64,000 bases of DNA from Euprymna scolopes (lineage: Eukaryota), in assembly GCA_053919585.1 (NCBI GenBank), contig CM132791.1; one strand, written 5' to 3'. Position numbers and translations under genes: made by a program. Shown piece by piece: positions 25,735-38,065 of this stretch; within the stretch, counting starts at the first letter, position 1, and each line of letters starts with the position of its first letter. The notes beneath the pieces were generated by a model. That model worked only from the letters and a program-made list of their open reading frames with translations, did no database searches and had not been told where the DNA came from.

Positions 25735-27959
25735 GCATTAAATTAAAAACTCGAACTTAATGGCTAACCTAAAGGGTCATATTTTGTCTAATTATATATA
25801 AGTTTAAATTGTTCAAAATTTGTGGTACCCCTGACCATTTACACTATTTACCTAATTAGTAATGTCAAGCATGGAATTAAGTTATAAAAATTGATATACA
25901 CTTGAATTCATTTCTTATACAACAGAATAAATTTAGATCTATGGGTAGAATGCTATTCAAGAATTCACAAATTGTATAAATTGTTTCGAAAATATTTGAT
26001 TTGACCATCAAATATGACTGCATTTATTGTTGTTACACGTTTTATTATTCCTTAAAAAGTTATTTTATTGCATTTACCATGAAAAACACTTGGAATTATG
26101 AACAGGACTAAAACATTCTCATTTAATACAGCAAGTTTTATGTGGTATGGGATGTTCCAAAAGTAATGCCTCATATTCTTTTAGACCATGGTCGGATAAT
26201 CTTAAATGCTAAGCGTATAAGACATCTGTATCTCATAAATGCAAATTTTCTGAAAAGGGATGCTTTATTCCAGTTTGAAGCATCACATCCACCTGCTCAT
26301 GCCACACATGTAAGGCATGCAATCCATGCAAGTTGTGTATAAGTGTGCACTGATTGACCATTTAAACCAAGCTCAGTGGCTGGCTACTGTTGCGAATTAA
26401 AAGAAAATGAGTGGAACAATCACTATATCTTGTAAAACACTATGTGAAATGTACAAGACATGTCACGGTTTTAATTCATTGCAATCACGAAGATGAATGA
26501 GCAAACGAATTTCATTCTGCATTATAGCCATTTACAAAAACAAAAACATCATTTCAATCCAAATGAGAAAAGAAAAATAAATTTAGTATATTTAGTTTCT
26601 TTTTTTATCTGTGTCATCATAGAATCCATGCAGTTGTATGCAATAACAGAATGTCAGCCAAACTCTTCATATATTGTGTCTCCTTAGTTCACACCTTTTA
26701 CTCTTCTCTTCATCACAGTAACACATCTCGGTGGATGAGGCCTCACGTACGTATGCAAAATAACAAAGTATCAGAATTACTACATTACATTTTTATCTCC
26801 ATCCTCTCTTCGTTAACACAACAAAATGGCCACCTTTTACAAATACGTCCTTACAATACTTGTCCATATCTTATCATATGAAAGCATGGCCAAGCATTCA
26901 CTAGCAGTTACTTATCAGAAAGCATAGGTTCAAATTTTATAATAAACATACGTTGTCATATGCAGATAAAAATGTTCCCTCAATTTTTTTTTGTCGTCTA
27001 TTTATTATAAGCCATTTATAAATATAGATTGTATTTAAATCGAGTTGTACAGAACATTGATATTTGTTGCATTACATAAATGGTATAAAATATTCAAAGA
27101 AATTTACATTCATTTTTCTAGCATATAAAAATGCATTTATTGGTGTTGATTTTTTGCTATTTCGTCTTTACTATGGAAGAACTTTGAAAGTATAGGAAGA
27201 ACTGAGTAAAATAAACTAGTGTAAAAATATATCGGATATTTTTATTTTTCCATCATACTATTGAATTATAAGCGATTTTACTCACATGAACCTCCTGCTT
27301 ATCTTGACCATCCACAATTTATGACCCATTAATACAACTCGAGATTAAAATGGTTTTATCTGTAGTTTTCGGGTATTTAAAGATATGGACCCTAGAGTGT
27401 TCCAGAAGCAATGTTTTATGAGACTACTAAAGATTTTTTATAAAAAGGGTCTAATAAAATCAGACATGAAAAAAGTTATTTCTGCTTGTGGAGTAAAAAA
27501 GGTCACCTGGAAATCTGTAGCATAGAAATCATTAAAAGATTGTGCCACAATTATGCATTCATTAAGTTTGTCAGAGCACATTCTGTGGAAGTACTTGTCA
27601 AACAAGCGCAGAGATGCAACATTGTGATAATGGGACAGGGTCTGAAGCTAAGTAGACAATGCAAAACCTATTATGCTAGAAACTTTTTTATTTATCAACT
27701 CTTCAAACAGGACAGGCATTCCATAATCTCTGCTTGGGAACATCATCGCCGACTCAATTTCATGTAAAAGATTTCATGTTTTGCACCCCTCTTTGGTTGT
27801 TACATCTGACTTGCACCTGTGACAATATGCAGGATTAACCTGCTCTGATTCATTTATGTTTTGTTTATAATTTCTTCGACCTCATTTAGCGTAATTGTAA
27901 GAGCGTTTGCTATTGGGCCGTTCAATCTTTGCTTGTGTCATACCAAAAATTTAAATAAT

Positions 27960-28732
27960 GTATTTTATATGAAATAAAGACATATCAAGTAACAATATTG
28001 ATCCAAAACAAGAACGAATTTCACATTATTTTGGAATTATTATAAGGAAATATTTATTTATCAACATAACTCCCATACTTCAAAATTACTTCGAACAGCT
28101 TCTTGTCAACTGATGACGTCAATCAACGGATTTGAGATGATGTGATGCTATAGGAAATTTCCAAAATCTTTCTCCAAAGTTCATCTTTCGACAAAAATTG
28201 AACACCTCCTTTATAAACTTTCATCTTTATTATTGACCAGAGCTGCTCAATTGGGTTTATATCTGGAGAATAAGGTAGCTATGCAATCAAATTTTCTCCA
28301 CTAATACCTAATGACTTAAGGTAGGACATCGTAGCCTTGGCTGAATGGGATTGGTGCATTGTCGTGCATAAAAATCAATGTGTTGTGACGTGCCAATGGA
28401 AGATCATCAAGCCATGATGATAAATACTCATTTAAAAATAAAATAGAAGACTGGCTTGTCAGTTTGACACCTTCTGGCACTTGAAATGGTCCAATTAGTT
28501 CATTGCAGATTATTCCAGACCAAAACATGACACATCCACCTCCCTGTTGACAACGGAATCGATGAGGGGTAGATAATCTAAGATGTCTCCAAACTTTGGC
28601 CCACCCATCTGGTCCATCAAGGGTTTCTCTAGCCTCATCGGTGAAAAGAACATTTTCAAAGCTGATTTTCATGCATCTCTGAACCCGAGCCAAACGTTTT
28701 TCCTTATGAGTTTGGTTTAAAACAGGTCTTAT
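27960..28732 (-). mobile_element. Tc1-like DD37E/TRT-type transposase fragment
   Basis: VLFTDEARETLDGPDGW, GGGCVMFWSGII, IFMHDNAP, then frameshifted PYSPDINPIEQLW. Confidence 0.88.
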
Positions 28733-28770
28733 ATACACACACGCACACACACACACACATGCATATATTC

Positions 28771-28807
<37 letters not shown>

Positions 28808-29340
28808 AGACAATGCACCAAGTCATGAATAAAAGTTTATGAAATCCTCGCTGAAAGAAAAGGGATTTGTTGAGGATTCTCTTATGCACTGACCTTCAAA
28901 TAGCTGTGACTTTAATTCATTTGAGGACCTGTGGAGTATCCTCAAGAGAGCTATTTATTCTAATGGAAAGCAATTTAACAGCATGTGTGACTTCTTGAGG
29001 ACAGTTAAAGTTGCTGTCAACAACTTTCCAGACGCTAAAATTACAAACCTAACATCAGATGTTTGCAATAAGTTGCAAAGAATTATCGAAACGAAATGAG
29101 CATTTGTGCAATGAATTTTAGGAAATTTTAAGAATTTTTTTCTAATATAACTTTTATTTGTAAAATTAGACGTTTTCTTTTATATTTTTCTTATAATTTG
29201 TTCTACAATTTTTTCATACTATATTTTTATATTAGTTTTACAAAGTATAATAATGTAAAAATATCAAATTCAATAGTTGTAAATAATTAAGTCTGCTTTG
29301 TTAACTTAGTAAAATTTTTCCTAACAAAAACAATCGTTTT
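28808..29340 (+). mobile_element. Tc1-like transposase 3' fragment (divergent copy)
   Basis: MQDNAPSH...PSNSCDFNSFEDLWSILKR remnants; lies head-to-head with the minus copy across a microsatellite. Confidence 0.7.
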
Positions 29341-29634
29341 CTCTATCACTATATTGGGAAACTCATAAATATATATAAAATAAACTTCGATATATATTTA
29401 AGGTAATGATATTAAGTAGAATCTAAACAGCATCATAATCAGACTTTTAACATTAAAGTTGCAACTCTATATTCTAAGTCATATAATCTGTAGACACAAT
29501 TTATATGCATTCATTTCTATATGCTCTGTTATATTTAACACGGATAGACCTCTAAATATTAAGGATTGTCATACACAAAGATTGAAATATAGTTGTAAAA
29601 GCGGAGTCTCCCAATAAGTATATATGTAAGAATG

Positions 29635-29666
<32 letters not shown>

Positions 29667-29670
<4 letters not shown>

Positions 29671-29901
29671 ATTTGTAAAATATATATGGCGATTAAGCTA
29701 CACTGAATATTCGGCGTTTCATCCACTCTAAGATTCGTCAGGCTTATAAGCCGAATATTCAGTGTAGCTTAATCGCCATATATATTTTATAAATTACTAA
29801 CTAGCTCTACCTACGTATTGAGCATTTTTTAAGTAAATACTTAAAGTTTACGCATAAATCTATACTTTCGTATATTAATTTTATGTGAGTAAATGAAGTA
29901 G

Positions 29902-29905
<4 letters not shown>
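29667..29905. mobile_element. HHR-bearing element inserted as head-to-head inverted arms within (TA)n
   Basis: 29667-29715 is the reverse complement of ~29750-29798. The plus arm continues to 29905 and matches 2888-3040. (TA)n lies on both sides. Confidence 0.8.
29694..29746 (-). ncRNA. Type I hammerhead ribozyme (intact core)
   Basis: Minus: taagc-CTGACGA-atct tagagt ggat-GAAA-cgccgaatattcagt-GTA-gctta. 5-bp stem I, 4-bp stem II, near-palindromic stem III, GUA triplet. Confidence 0.8.
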
Positions 29906-29934
<29 letters not shown>

Positions 29935-29945
<11 letters not shown>

Positions 29946-30285
29946 TTTAAAATATAATTATCCACTGACATGTGTTTCGTCGTCTACGACTCATCAGAAT
30001 AGATGTATCTAGTGAGATTCGAAATCGGGACCCTGCGGTAATGAGCCTAAACCCTTTATCCGCGCGTCCATCCCGCTCGACAGTCTGGATGTATCGCGAT
30101 TTATTTAGATGTTATTTGTTTTTACGATACGTTTTGAATGAATTCAATTATTTACGAAAGTGCATTTTTACCTAAATACGAGTTGCAAATAATTTTCCCT
30201 TTAACCAACTTTGTACCCCCATATGGGGAGAGGCATATATATTATTTTTTAAAATATAATTATCCAGTGACACGTGTTTCGTCGT
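29935..30285 (-). mobile_element. Retrozyme/SINE-like element: 302-nt monomer plus ~50-nt terminal redundancy, with tRNA-like head and HHR
   Basis: Direct repeat 29935-29983 / 30236-30285. GTC cleavage triplets are 302 nt apart (plus-strand gac at 29967 and 30269). A/B-box-like region at 30010-30080. Flanked by (TA)n. Confidence 0.75.
29960..30004 (-). ncRNA. Minimal type I hammerhead ribozyme (intact core)
   Basis: Minus: atctatt-CTGATGA-gtcg taga cgac-GAAA-c acat-GTC-agtggat. 7-bp stem I (2 GU), perfect 4-bp stem II, minimal stem III, GUC triplet. Confidence 0.85.
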
Positions 30286-30314
30286 ATATATATATATAAT
30301 TATTTACTATAATA

Positions 30315-30455
30315 ATTATCAAATACCTACAGACACTAGTGTTTCAGTGCAGGGTCTCACGATTAACACCAGTCGATGGATTCGAACCTGGAGAAAAAAA
30401 CCCTCTCTGGTTTCATTAGCAAATACCGTATCCATTCGGCTACCGGTAACAGCGT
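30315..30455 (-). mobile_element. tRNA-headed SINE-like element with HHR 3' half
   Basis: Minus: ggtagccgaatggata (A box)...ggttcgaatcc (B box)...GAAAC actagt GTC (palindromic stem III); the CTGANGA box is missing. Confidence 0.55.
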
Positions 30456-31341
30456 GAAATAAATTTGAAATTTAAACATTTTATTTTTAAATGTTTTTGA
30501 CGTCAGTCAGAGTGATTTAATAATTATATGATGGTCTGTGCATAAGAGCTAAATTGACCGACTTAATTCAACTGAAAGTTCACAACGATAAGAAACGCGT
30601 TTCTTAAAGGGGCTGACACAATTATTTACTATACNNNNNNNNNNNNNNNNNNNNNNNNNNNNNNNNNNNNNNNNNNNNNNNNNNNNNNNNNNNNNNNNNN
30701 NNNNNNNNNNNNNNNNNNNNNNNNNNNNNNNNNNNNNNNNNNNNNNNNNNNNNNNNNNNNNNNNNNNNNNNNNNNNNNNNNNNNNNNNNNNNNNNNNNNN
30801 NNNNNNNNNNNNNNNNNNNNNNNNNNNNGTTGACTGGGTTCAAAAACAGCCTACAGAAAATACACTCTGATTTATGAAAATATGATAGGTTATGAAAAGG
30901 AAGGGTTGTAAAGAGATAGCTTCGAATTTGGGGGTATCAAAACCAAAGCAAAATATGATGAAAGTAAAAATAAAATAGATAAACCCCATAATTTATTATA
31001 CCATACCTGTTCACACTGAAACACTTATCACAATATTCTGTGGATCTATATTAAAAAAAACTTGTTAAACTTTGTGACATATTTCCATTCTATGGAGGTC
31101 AGGCGCGAACAAACACCCCATAATTTTATTATACCATATTTCTTCAAACTGAAACATAATTATCAAAATATACTTATGCAGATAAATATGAAAAGTCTTT
31201 ATTAAAGTTTGTGCCTATTTCCATTCTATGGAGGTTAGGCGCGAACGCAGACCCCACAATTTTATTATACCATCCCTATTTAAGTTAAAACATACTTATC
31301 AAAGTATTCTTATGTACATCTATATCAAAAACACTTGTAAA

Positions 31342-33768
31342 TAGGGGTAGGCTATAGAAACAAAATTTTACAAATAAATGCCAAAAGTGGCTTATTACCT
31401 TCATTTATATGTAAATAGATGGGAACAAGTGATTTTTCAAAACGGGTCAAAATTGGAGGGTCGCTGACCCCAAACATGATTTGACCGTGTCAACGCGTGA
31501 AAATGGCCCAAATTCCGCCCCCGAACACACTTGATCACTTATTGAAAGCCACAGGGTGCATTTTTTGACTATAAATGCATTTGTATCATTAAATCTAACA
31601 TTCCCATTGGCTATCCCACAAGTATAGGGCTTTTTAGGGTATCTCAGAGTCCAAAATGGGTCAAAATTACCCCAAAATTAGCCAAAAATGGTCGGAAATC
31701 ATGGATTTTCCAAAATGCACCTCCCAAGCCACACAGGGTGCAATTTTTGACCATAAATGGCTCTATATCATTAAATCTAACATTCTCACTGGCTATCCCA
31801 CCTATATAGGGCTTTTCAAGGTATCTTAAGGGTCCAAAATGGGTCAAATTTACCCAAAAATTAGCCAAAAATGAACAAAAATCACGGATAATCCCCAAAA
31901 TGCAGGTATTATATCTCATCGGGCTCCTATAAACACTCCTGTATGGCTTTTTACAGTTGGAAGACTGAAATAACCACCCTGTTATCTTATCCATTTGTAT
32001 TTAGGGTATTTAGAGATCTTTGGGGGATGTAAAAAGGGTCAAAACAATCCAAAAATGACAAAATTACGCTGTACGGTACATAACATATGAATCATTAGTT
32101 CATTCATCAATGATACTTTTTAGAAACATCGTAACTTTACTACATCAACTTCTCAGAAAGTAATTAATTGTAAATTGAACATTGAATGTCAATAAAATGT
32201 TGTCCAAGAAGAGTCTGAATTCATATTGTTCTCATAGTTACCCCAAAATTGATGAAAATGGCCCTCGATTCGCTATTTCTCGATTTGTAACCAATATATT
32301 GAATAACTTTATAAAAGGTATGAGTAATTAGCAAAGGAATTATTTTGTTATTTACAGACACAGCTTCACTTCACATTACTTTAAAATCATTCAACAGTAA
32401 AATATTAATATAATGCATTAAAGAGCTCGTCAATCACATCATTATTCTCTAGCACAAATACTGGTTTTCGTCTTGTCAAGTTCCATGCACCAATGACATT
32501 GCACGACAAAAATTGAATTTTCAATGTCTTCTGCTCTTCAATTGTGCAGTTCTTGCTCTGCCAGAAACCGTTCATGTTCCATATCGACGTGGAAAGTGTC
32601 AATGAGCCATTTGTGAGAGAGAGACTTTTGATCGACAAAGAATCTTCGTTCATGTACATCAAATTCATCAGGATTCACATCTTTTGAAAGTATATTGAGA
32701 AGGACATGGTGCTCTCGTTTCCATTTAATCATATTCACACGTCTGGAACCCTTTGCTTTGTAGACATCTTTGTCGTAAATTTTTAGCGATCGATCAAGTT
32801 TATGTTTTATCCCAGGTATTGTAACATAACGAACATCACTTCCAAAGGCTTTCTGCCACAATTGTAGTAATCGCAAGGAGAACTGGTGAATATGATTTTT
32901 CTGTGTCGTGGTACCATATTTGGCAGCATGATGTTGCACAGCTTGAACACATTCAGCCTCAGTTGGAAGAGAATCAAGCAGAAGATAAGTCCAATCGTCG
33001 TAATTATAATCTTCGTCAATCTGCCCTGCTATACCAGCCATGTTCATTGCATTTTACTAACTGAAAAAGAAAGCAAAGTTCAATCAAATTCACAATTAAT
33101 GCAACGCAATGTTATCGTGTCTATTTAAAGATGCCATTGTATTGTTACAGAAAGAAAACATTTCCTTATTTGGTAATTCTCCATCTATAACTCAAATTAA
33201 GCCCCTTTTTGACAACCTATGTTGATTCTTAGGGACTTTTTGACTCTCTTTGGCTAAATCGGCCATATTTAGCCCTTTTTAAAGGTCCTTATACCCCTCA
33301 TTAACAGTGCAAAAGTTAGGAGAGTGCCTGCTTCAAGCATTTCCCAACAGTTTCTGCCATGTAGAGGTGTCTTTGGGCCCATGGGAGGTGCATTTTGGAA
33401 AATCCGTTATTTCCAACCATTTTTGGCTAATTTTGGGGTAATTTTGACCCATTTTGGACTCTGAGATACCCTAAAAAGCCCTATACTTGAGGGATAGCCA
33501 ATGGGAATGTTAGATTTAATGATACAAATGCATTTATAGTCAAAAAATGCACCCTGTGGCTTTCAATAAGTGATTAAGTGTGTTCGGGGGCGAAATTTGG
33601 GCCATTTTCACGCATCGATGCGGTCAAATCACGTTTGGGGCCAGTGACCCTCCAATTTTGACCCGTTTTGAAAAAGATCACTTGTTCCCATCTATTTACA
33701 TATAAATGAAGGTAATAAGCCACTTTTGGCATTTATTTGTAAAATTTTGTTTCTATAGCCTACCCCTA
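31342..33768 (-). mobile_element. hAT-like (hATw/hATm-type) DNA transposon, internally deleted, ~385-bp TIRs
   Basis: TIRs at 31342-31726 and 33382-33768 begin TAGGGGTAGGCTATAG. Flanking direct repeat TTGTAAA at 31335-41 and 33769-75. An empty-site equivalent is visible at ~16691-16706. Confidence 0.85.
32538..33047 (-). pseudogene. N-terminal transposase fragment (169 aa) of the enclosing TIR element
   Basis: The LPT...LWQKAF...I..KL...LLNI...E..FFVDQK pattern resembles the N-termini of hATm/hATw-type transposases. No catalytic domain follows. Confidence 0.6.
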
Positions 33769-35836
33769 TTGTAAACGTTTCTTTTTAATTTTTTAATTTT
33801 TTATTTCCATACTTTGGGAACCAGGCGCGTACACAGACTCCACAATTTTAATGAATCATCATTATGCCAGATCAAACATACCCATTCCTGTGTCTCGATA
33901 CATCTTCTATCATTATATGTGATCAGTTTCCTATAATAGTCAACCATATAGGAGCTTATTCGTGACCAAACACACACACAAAGACGTTCAGCTTTATATA
34001 TATATATTATAGATATATATATAAAACAATGTGAGGTTTCCAATATTTAATTTTTTATTTATATTTTTCATATTTGATAATTAAATGTTCTTCAGGTGCT
34101 TTGTTTTACCCCCACCCCCACCCCAAGCTGTAAATTCATTAAATTTAAGACTTGTTCTGCTTTAGTGAAGATAATTTACTCAGAGTGTGCTTTGTGCTTT
34201 TTTTGTGTGCATATGTTTATTACCATTTGTTGTAGTTAAAAATCATTCGTTTTTGTGACTTTTTTTTTTGGAAAAATATGTTTTTGTTGTCAAGTGTGTA
34301 TGTGTGTATGCCTGCGTTTATTCTCTGTGTGTATTTATTATCCATTGTGTGTGTGGCCGTTTGTGTATTTGTTCTGTTTCGATATGTGTGAGTTTGTATG
34401 CGTGTTTTTGTGGGTAGGTGTTCCTGTTTCCCTGTAGTGTGTGTAGGAGAATGTTGATGCATCTCTGTTGGTATGCTTTGTGTGTCTATGCATGTTTAGT
34501 TTCATATATCATAGATCAGCATATATATTTTCGTTCTGCATATTTATATTTTAGATATTAAAAAGGGATGATAATAGTGTATGTTGGTGTTTAGCATGTT
34601 GTGTGTATGTGTGCAACTTAGCCACTATGCTTCTTTTGCTTTGTGTATGCGTGTGCGCCTGTTATTCATACATGCATATCTCTTATATCATGATCTATAT
34701 GAAANNNNNNNNNNNNNNNNNNNNNNNNNNNNNNNNNNNNNNNNNNNNNNNNNNNNNNNNNNNNNNNNNNNNNNNNNNNNNNNNNNNNNNNNNNNNNNNN
34801 NNNNNNNNNNNNNNNNNNNNNNNNNNNNNNNNNCTAAGTAATGTAAACAAAATCTTTCATTGTAAGCCATGATTAATGAGAATGGCAATTAATAGAGCAC
34901 ATATCACTGTCAAGACTCAAACTAATTACCAATGTAAATAAAAACGAATATAATAAAACTTTAATTAATTGACGCTCCAATTATAGGAAGAAAAACCTGA
35001 ATAAGTTAAATTTTATATCGAATTTCAAACATGCTTTCTCCAAATATTTAACTTATAAAGCAAAATAAATGCAGAGTTGGCGTTTCATCCACCAAACAGT
35101 TTTAAACTATTTAACTTGAAAACCAAACAATTCCTGTACTCACTTCCATCATAATTTGGTTGAGTTTTATGCAGTTTATCAACAACAAATACACAAATAA
35201 ACACAAATGAAACAAAACAAAACTTCTGTCAAATTTCAAAATTTGTTTTGTTTTGGTTTGTGTTTTTTTAAAATTATTTTCTGTAGCGTTGTTATGATTT
35301 TTTTATGGTGTATCACACTATTTTCAGATTACTTAATTCCAAAGCAAAATATCAGTTGCATATGATTATAAATGATTAATACATCTCATAGTTTTCCTTG
35401 ATAACATTTTGTGCATCGACCGAATTTGAACTTGAGATAGTTAACTCCACAATTTGCAGCAATATCCAATACTCAATCATATAGTCTCAGAAAACATATA
35501 ATTAGAATATATGACTCGTTATCCAACAGTGAATATAATTGAATATTTACAATTATATTAAAGTTGAGCTAATCAACGTTTTTATTTTTTTCCTTACTGC
35601 TTTTTTCGGTACTGGTACAACTTTTGAACCAGACAGAACCAATTTTTGTATGGCATAATCAGTGTGATTTCGAAAACAGCCAGTACATGCTAAAGTGGTA
35701 GATTAATCAGAAGACTCACGATAAGTTGATCTGCACCCCAAAAAAAATAATTTTTTTTCGTAAAATAAATCATTAGTTTTTTCACACAAAAATAAAATTT
35801 TTGAAAATTAACTTTTACTTTTCCCCGTGAAAAGAA

Positions 35837-36100
35837 AAACATTTATTTCATTGATTATCTTTATAAAATATAAACATTTATTTCATTGATTATCTTTATA
35901 AAATATAAACATTTATTTCATTGATTATCTTTATAAAATATAAACATTTATTTCATTGATTATCTTTATAAAATATAAACATTTATTTCATTGATTATCT
36001 TTATAAAATATAAACATTTATTTCATTGATTATCTTTATAAAATATAAACATTTATTTCATTGATTATCTTTATAAAATATGACATTTATTTTATTGATT
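35837..36100. repeat. 35-bp minisatellite, ~7.5 copies
   Basis: Unit aaacatttatttcattgattatctttataaaatat, nearly perfect copies. Confidence 0.95.
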
Positions 36101-36196
36101 AAATATAAATGACAGTGTTTGGTTTTGATGCCGCTTCATTTTAATTCAACTTCTTCTGACTTTTTTTTTTCATTTTTCTTAAACTTTTTCTTCTAG

Positions 36197-36241
36197 GGGA
36201 TGGGACATCCAAGCAGATGTCTGACATTTACCCCTATTTTA
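36197..36241 (+). CDS. Candidate 45-nt internal exon of an unidentified host gene
   Basis: Long polypyrimidine tract ending ttctAG upstream and a GTGAGT donor downstream. Length is divisible by 3; open as (x)DGTSKQMSDIYPYF(x) or GMGHPSRCLTFTPIL. Confidence 0.35.
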
Positions 36242-36686
36242 GTGAGTCCAACCAAGAGATTGTTTCAGGATTCTAGCCGTCCCTTTCAGTGCAATCGTTT
36301 GTATTTCACTTGCACTTGGTTCACCGGGTATGCTTGCTATGTACTTTTTAAAGTTCTTTTTCATAAGTCCAGTTGCTCCTATGATGACTGGTATAATTGA
36401 AACGTCTGTTTACATATTTCTGTGCCGGAAAAAGTCAGTATTGTCTGCAGTCTTTTTTTTTCCTATATATGTTTATCATATGTTAAGTTCATGTTAAAAT
36501 ATTCCTTAATTTTGAGATTGACTTATGGTTTTGCGAAAAGTTATTTCAGTTGTTATTTTCAATTTTCAATTCATTTACCAAATCACTCATCCTGTACTAA
36601 GTTTCAATCTATTACTCCCCCCCTCTCTCTCTCTCTCTCTCAGAGTAGTTTGAGATTTTCACTCTTATTTTATACAATAGCTATAT

Positions 36687-36729
<43 letters not shown>

Positions 36730-37108
36730 TTCTCTCTCTTTTTCTCTCTCTCTCTCTATCTATCTGTATTTTTATTAAAAGACAAAGTTAAGACAGAAAT
36801 AAGAACATTGAAAGAAATTAAAGATTGGAATGGTTCATTATGAACAATAAGGTTATATAATCACATGATTAGAAGCAATAATATTATTTAATCCGCAATT
36901 GTAGAGAAAAAAGAGAAAGAGAGAAAGAAATATATAGCGAGAAGAAGCAAACTAATTATGAATTTTGTCTTTTATTTCTTTATATTTTACTGCTTTGCAA
37001 CTTATTTTTCTCCGATTCAATCAATTTAACTCGATCTCAGTGGGTAACTCAACGGGTCACATTGTTTTTAGTATCAATATAGTTACATTCACTTAGAGAA
37101 AGATTTCA

Positions 37109-37900
37109 TCTATATATATAAAAGCGAAAATGTGTGTATGTATGTATGTTTGTATGTATGTATGTTTGTATGTGTGTTTGTATGTCTCGCAAAAACTTTC
37201 GACACGGGTCACGGATTTTCACAACATTGGTATCATTTTAAAGCTCGATCCTTCGCCCGACAAATATTGAAAAATTGGCCAAAAATATTAATTCTTTCGC
37301 CCTAAAATCATCAGTTTTCTACAGGGAGGGGTCAGCAAAAATCGTCCTCTCATGGCAAGTTCGCTTCTACATATTTGCAAATGACGTCGGAACATGATTT
37401 AGTGTAAATATTAAAAAAACCGACCTAATTTTGTCAACATCGTCTTAGTTCAGTTCATTATCTAAAGGTTTTGGGTTCGAATCGTGGTGTAAGATAACTT
37501 TTTTGTTTTTTTTTTCGATTTTTAAATTTTAATATTGAAACAGGGTTATTTAAGCCATTTTTCACGTTCGATGTTTTTTTTGTTTTTATTTTTCAGATTT
37601 TTTAAAGAAGTTTTAACGTTCGTTTTTCTGTTTTCTTTTTCCATCACATTCGCGTTTTCTTTTTTGTTTTCTTTTTCCGATTTTTATATTAAACATCGTT
37701 TGTTTGCCTTACGTTAATTTTTTTTAGTGTTTTTTTTTCGATTTTTTAAAGTTTTAACATTTATTTTATATAAAATGTTTAATAATTTGTTATTTAATAT
37801 TTAAAAATATTTACTTCGCTTATTCTTATGTTTTGATTACCCCCCATTCCCGAGCACACACGCCTCTAAACACCCGGGCAACGCCGGGTACCCCCGCTAG
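37109..37900 (+). mobile_element. Complete non-autonomous Helitron (792 bp)
   Basis: A|TCTATATATATAAAAGCG 5' end, GTAT microsatellite, subterminal hairpin cccgggcaacgccggg, CTAG|T 3' end, no TSD. Confidence 0.85.
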
Positions 37901-37913
37901 TCAAGAATAAAGG

Positions 37914-38065
37914 CGTGTGTGCTTAGTTTAACGGATACCATGATTAACTGATTGATCTGTGTTGTCAGGTTCGAATCCAATCAAATCTATTCTGTTTTTT
38001 TTAGTATCAAATACTGTTAGGAAAGGTATGAACCTGCAATTTCATCCCTACTATGAGTAAATTAG
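37914..38065 (+). mobile_element. tRNA-derived SINE fragment
   Basis: A-box-like tagtttaacgg and B box ggttcgaatcc followed by a SINE-like body. Confidence 0.5.

Larger units (their letters stand above)
30829..34013 (-). mobile_element. Helitron-like repeat (family of 16219-16940) interrupted by a TIR transposon
   Basis: Removing 31342-33775 restores collinearity with 16219-16940. The minus-strand 5' end reads TCTATAATATATATATAAAGC. Confidence 0.75.

Noticed and set aside
35837-36100. CRISPR-like 35-bp repeats
   Set aside because: Head-to-tail copies without spacers; an ordinary minisatellite.
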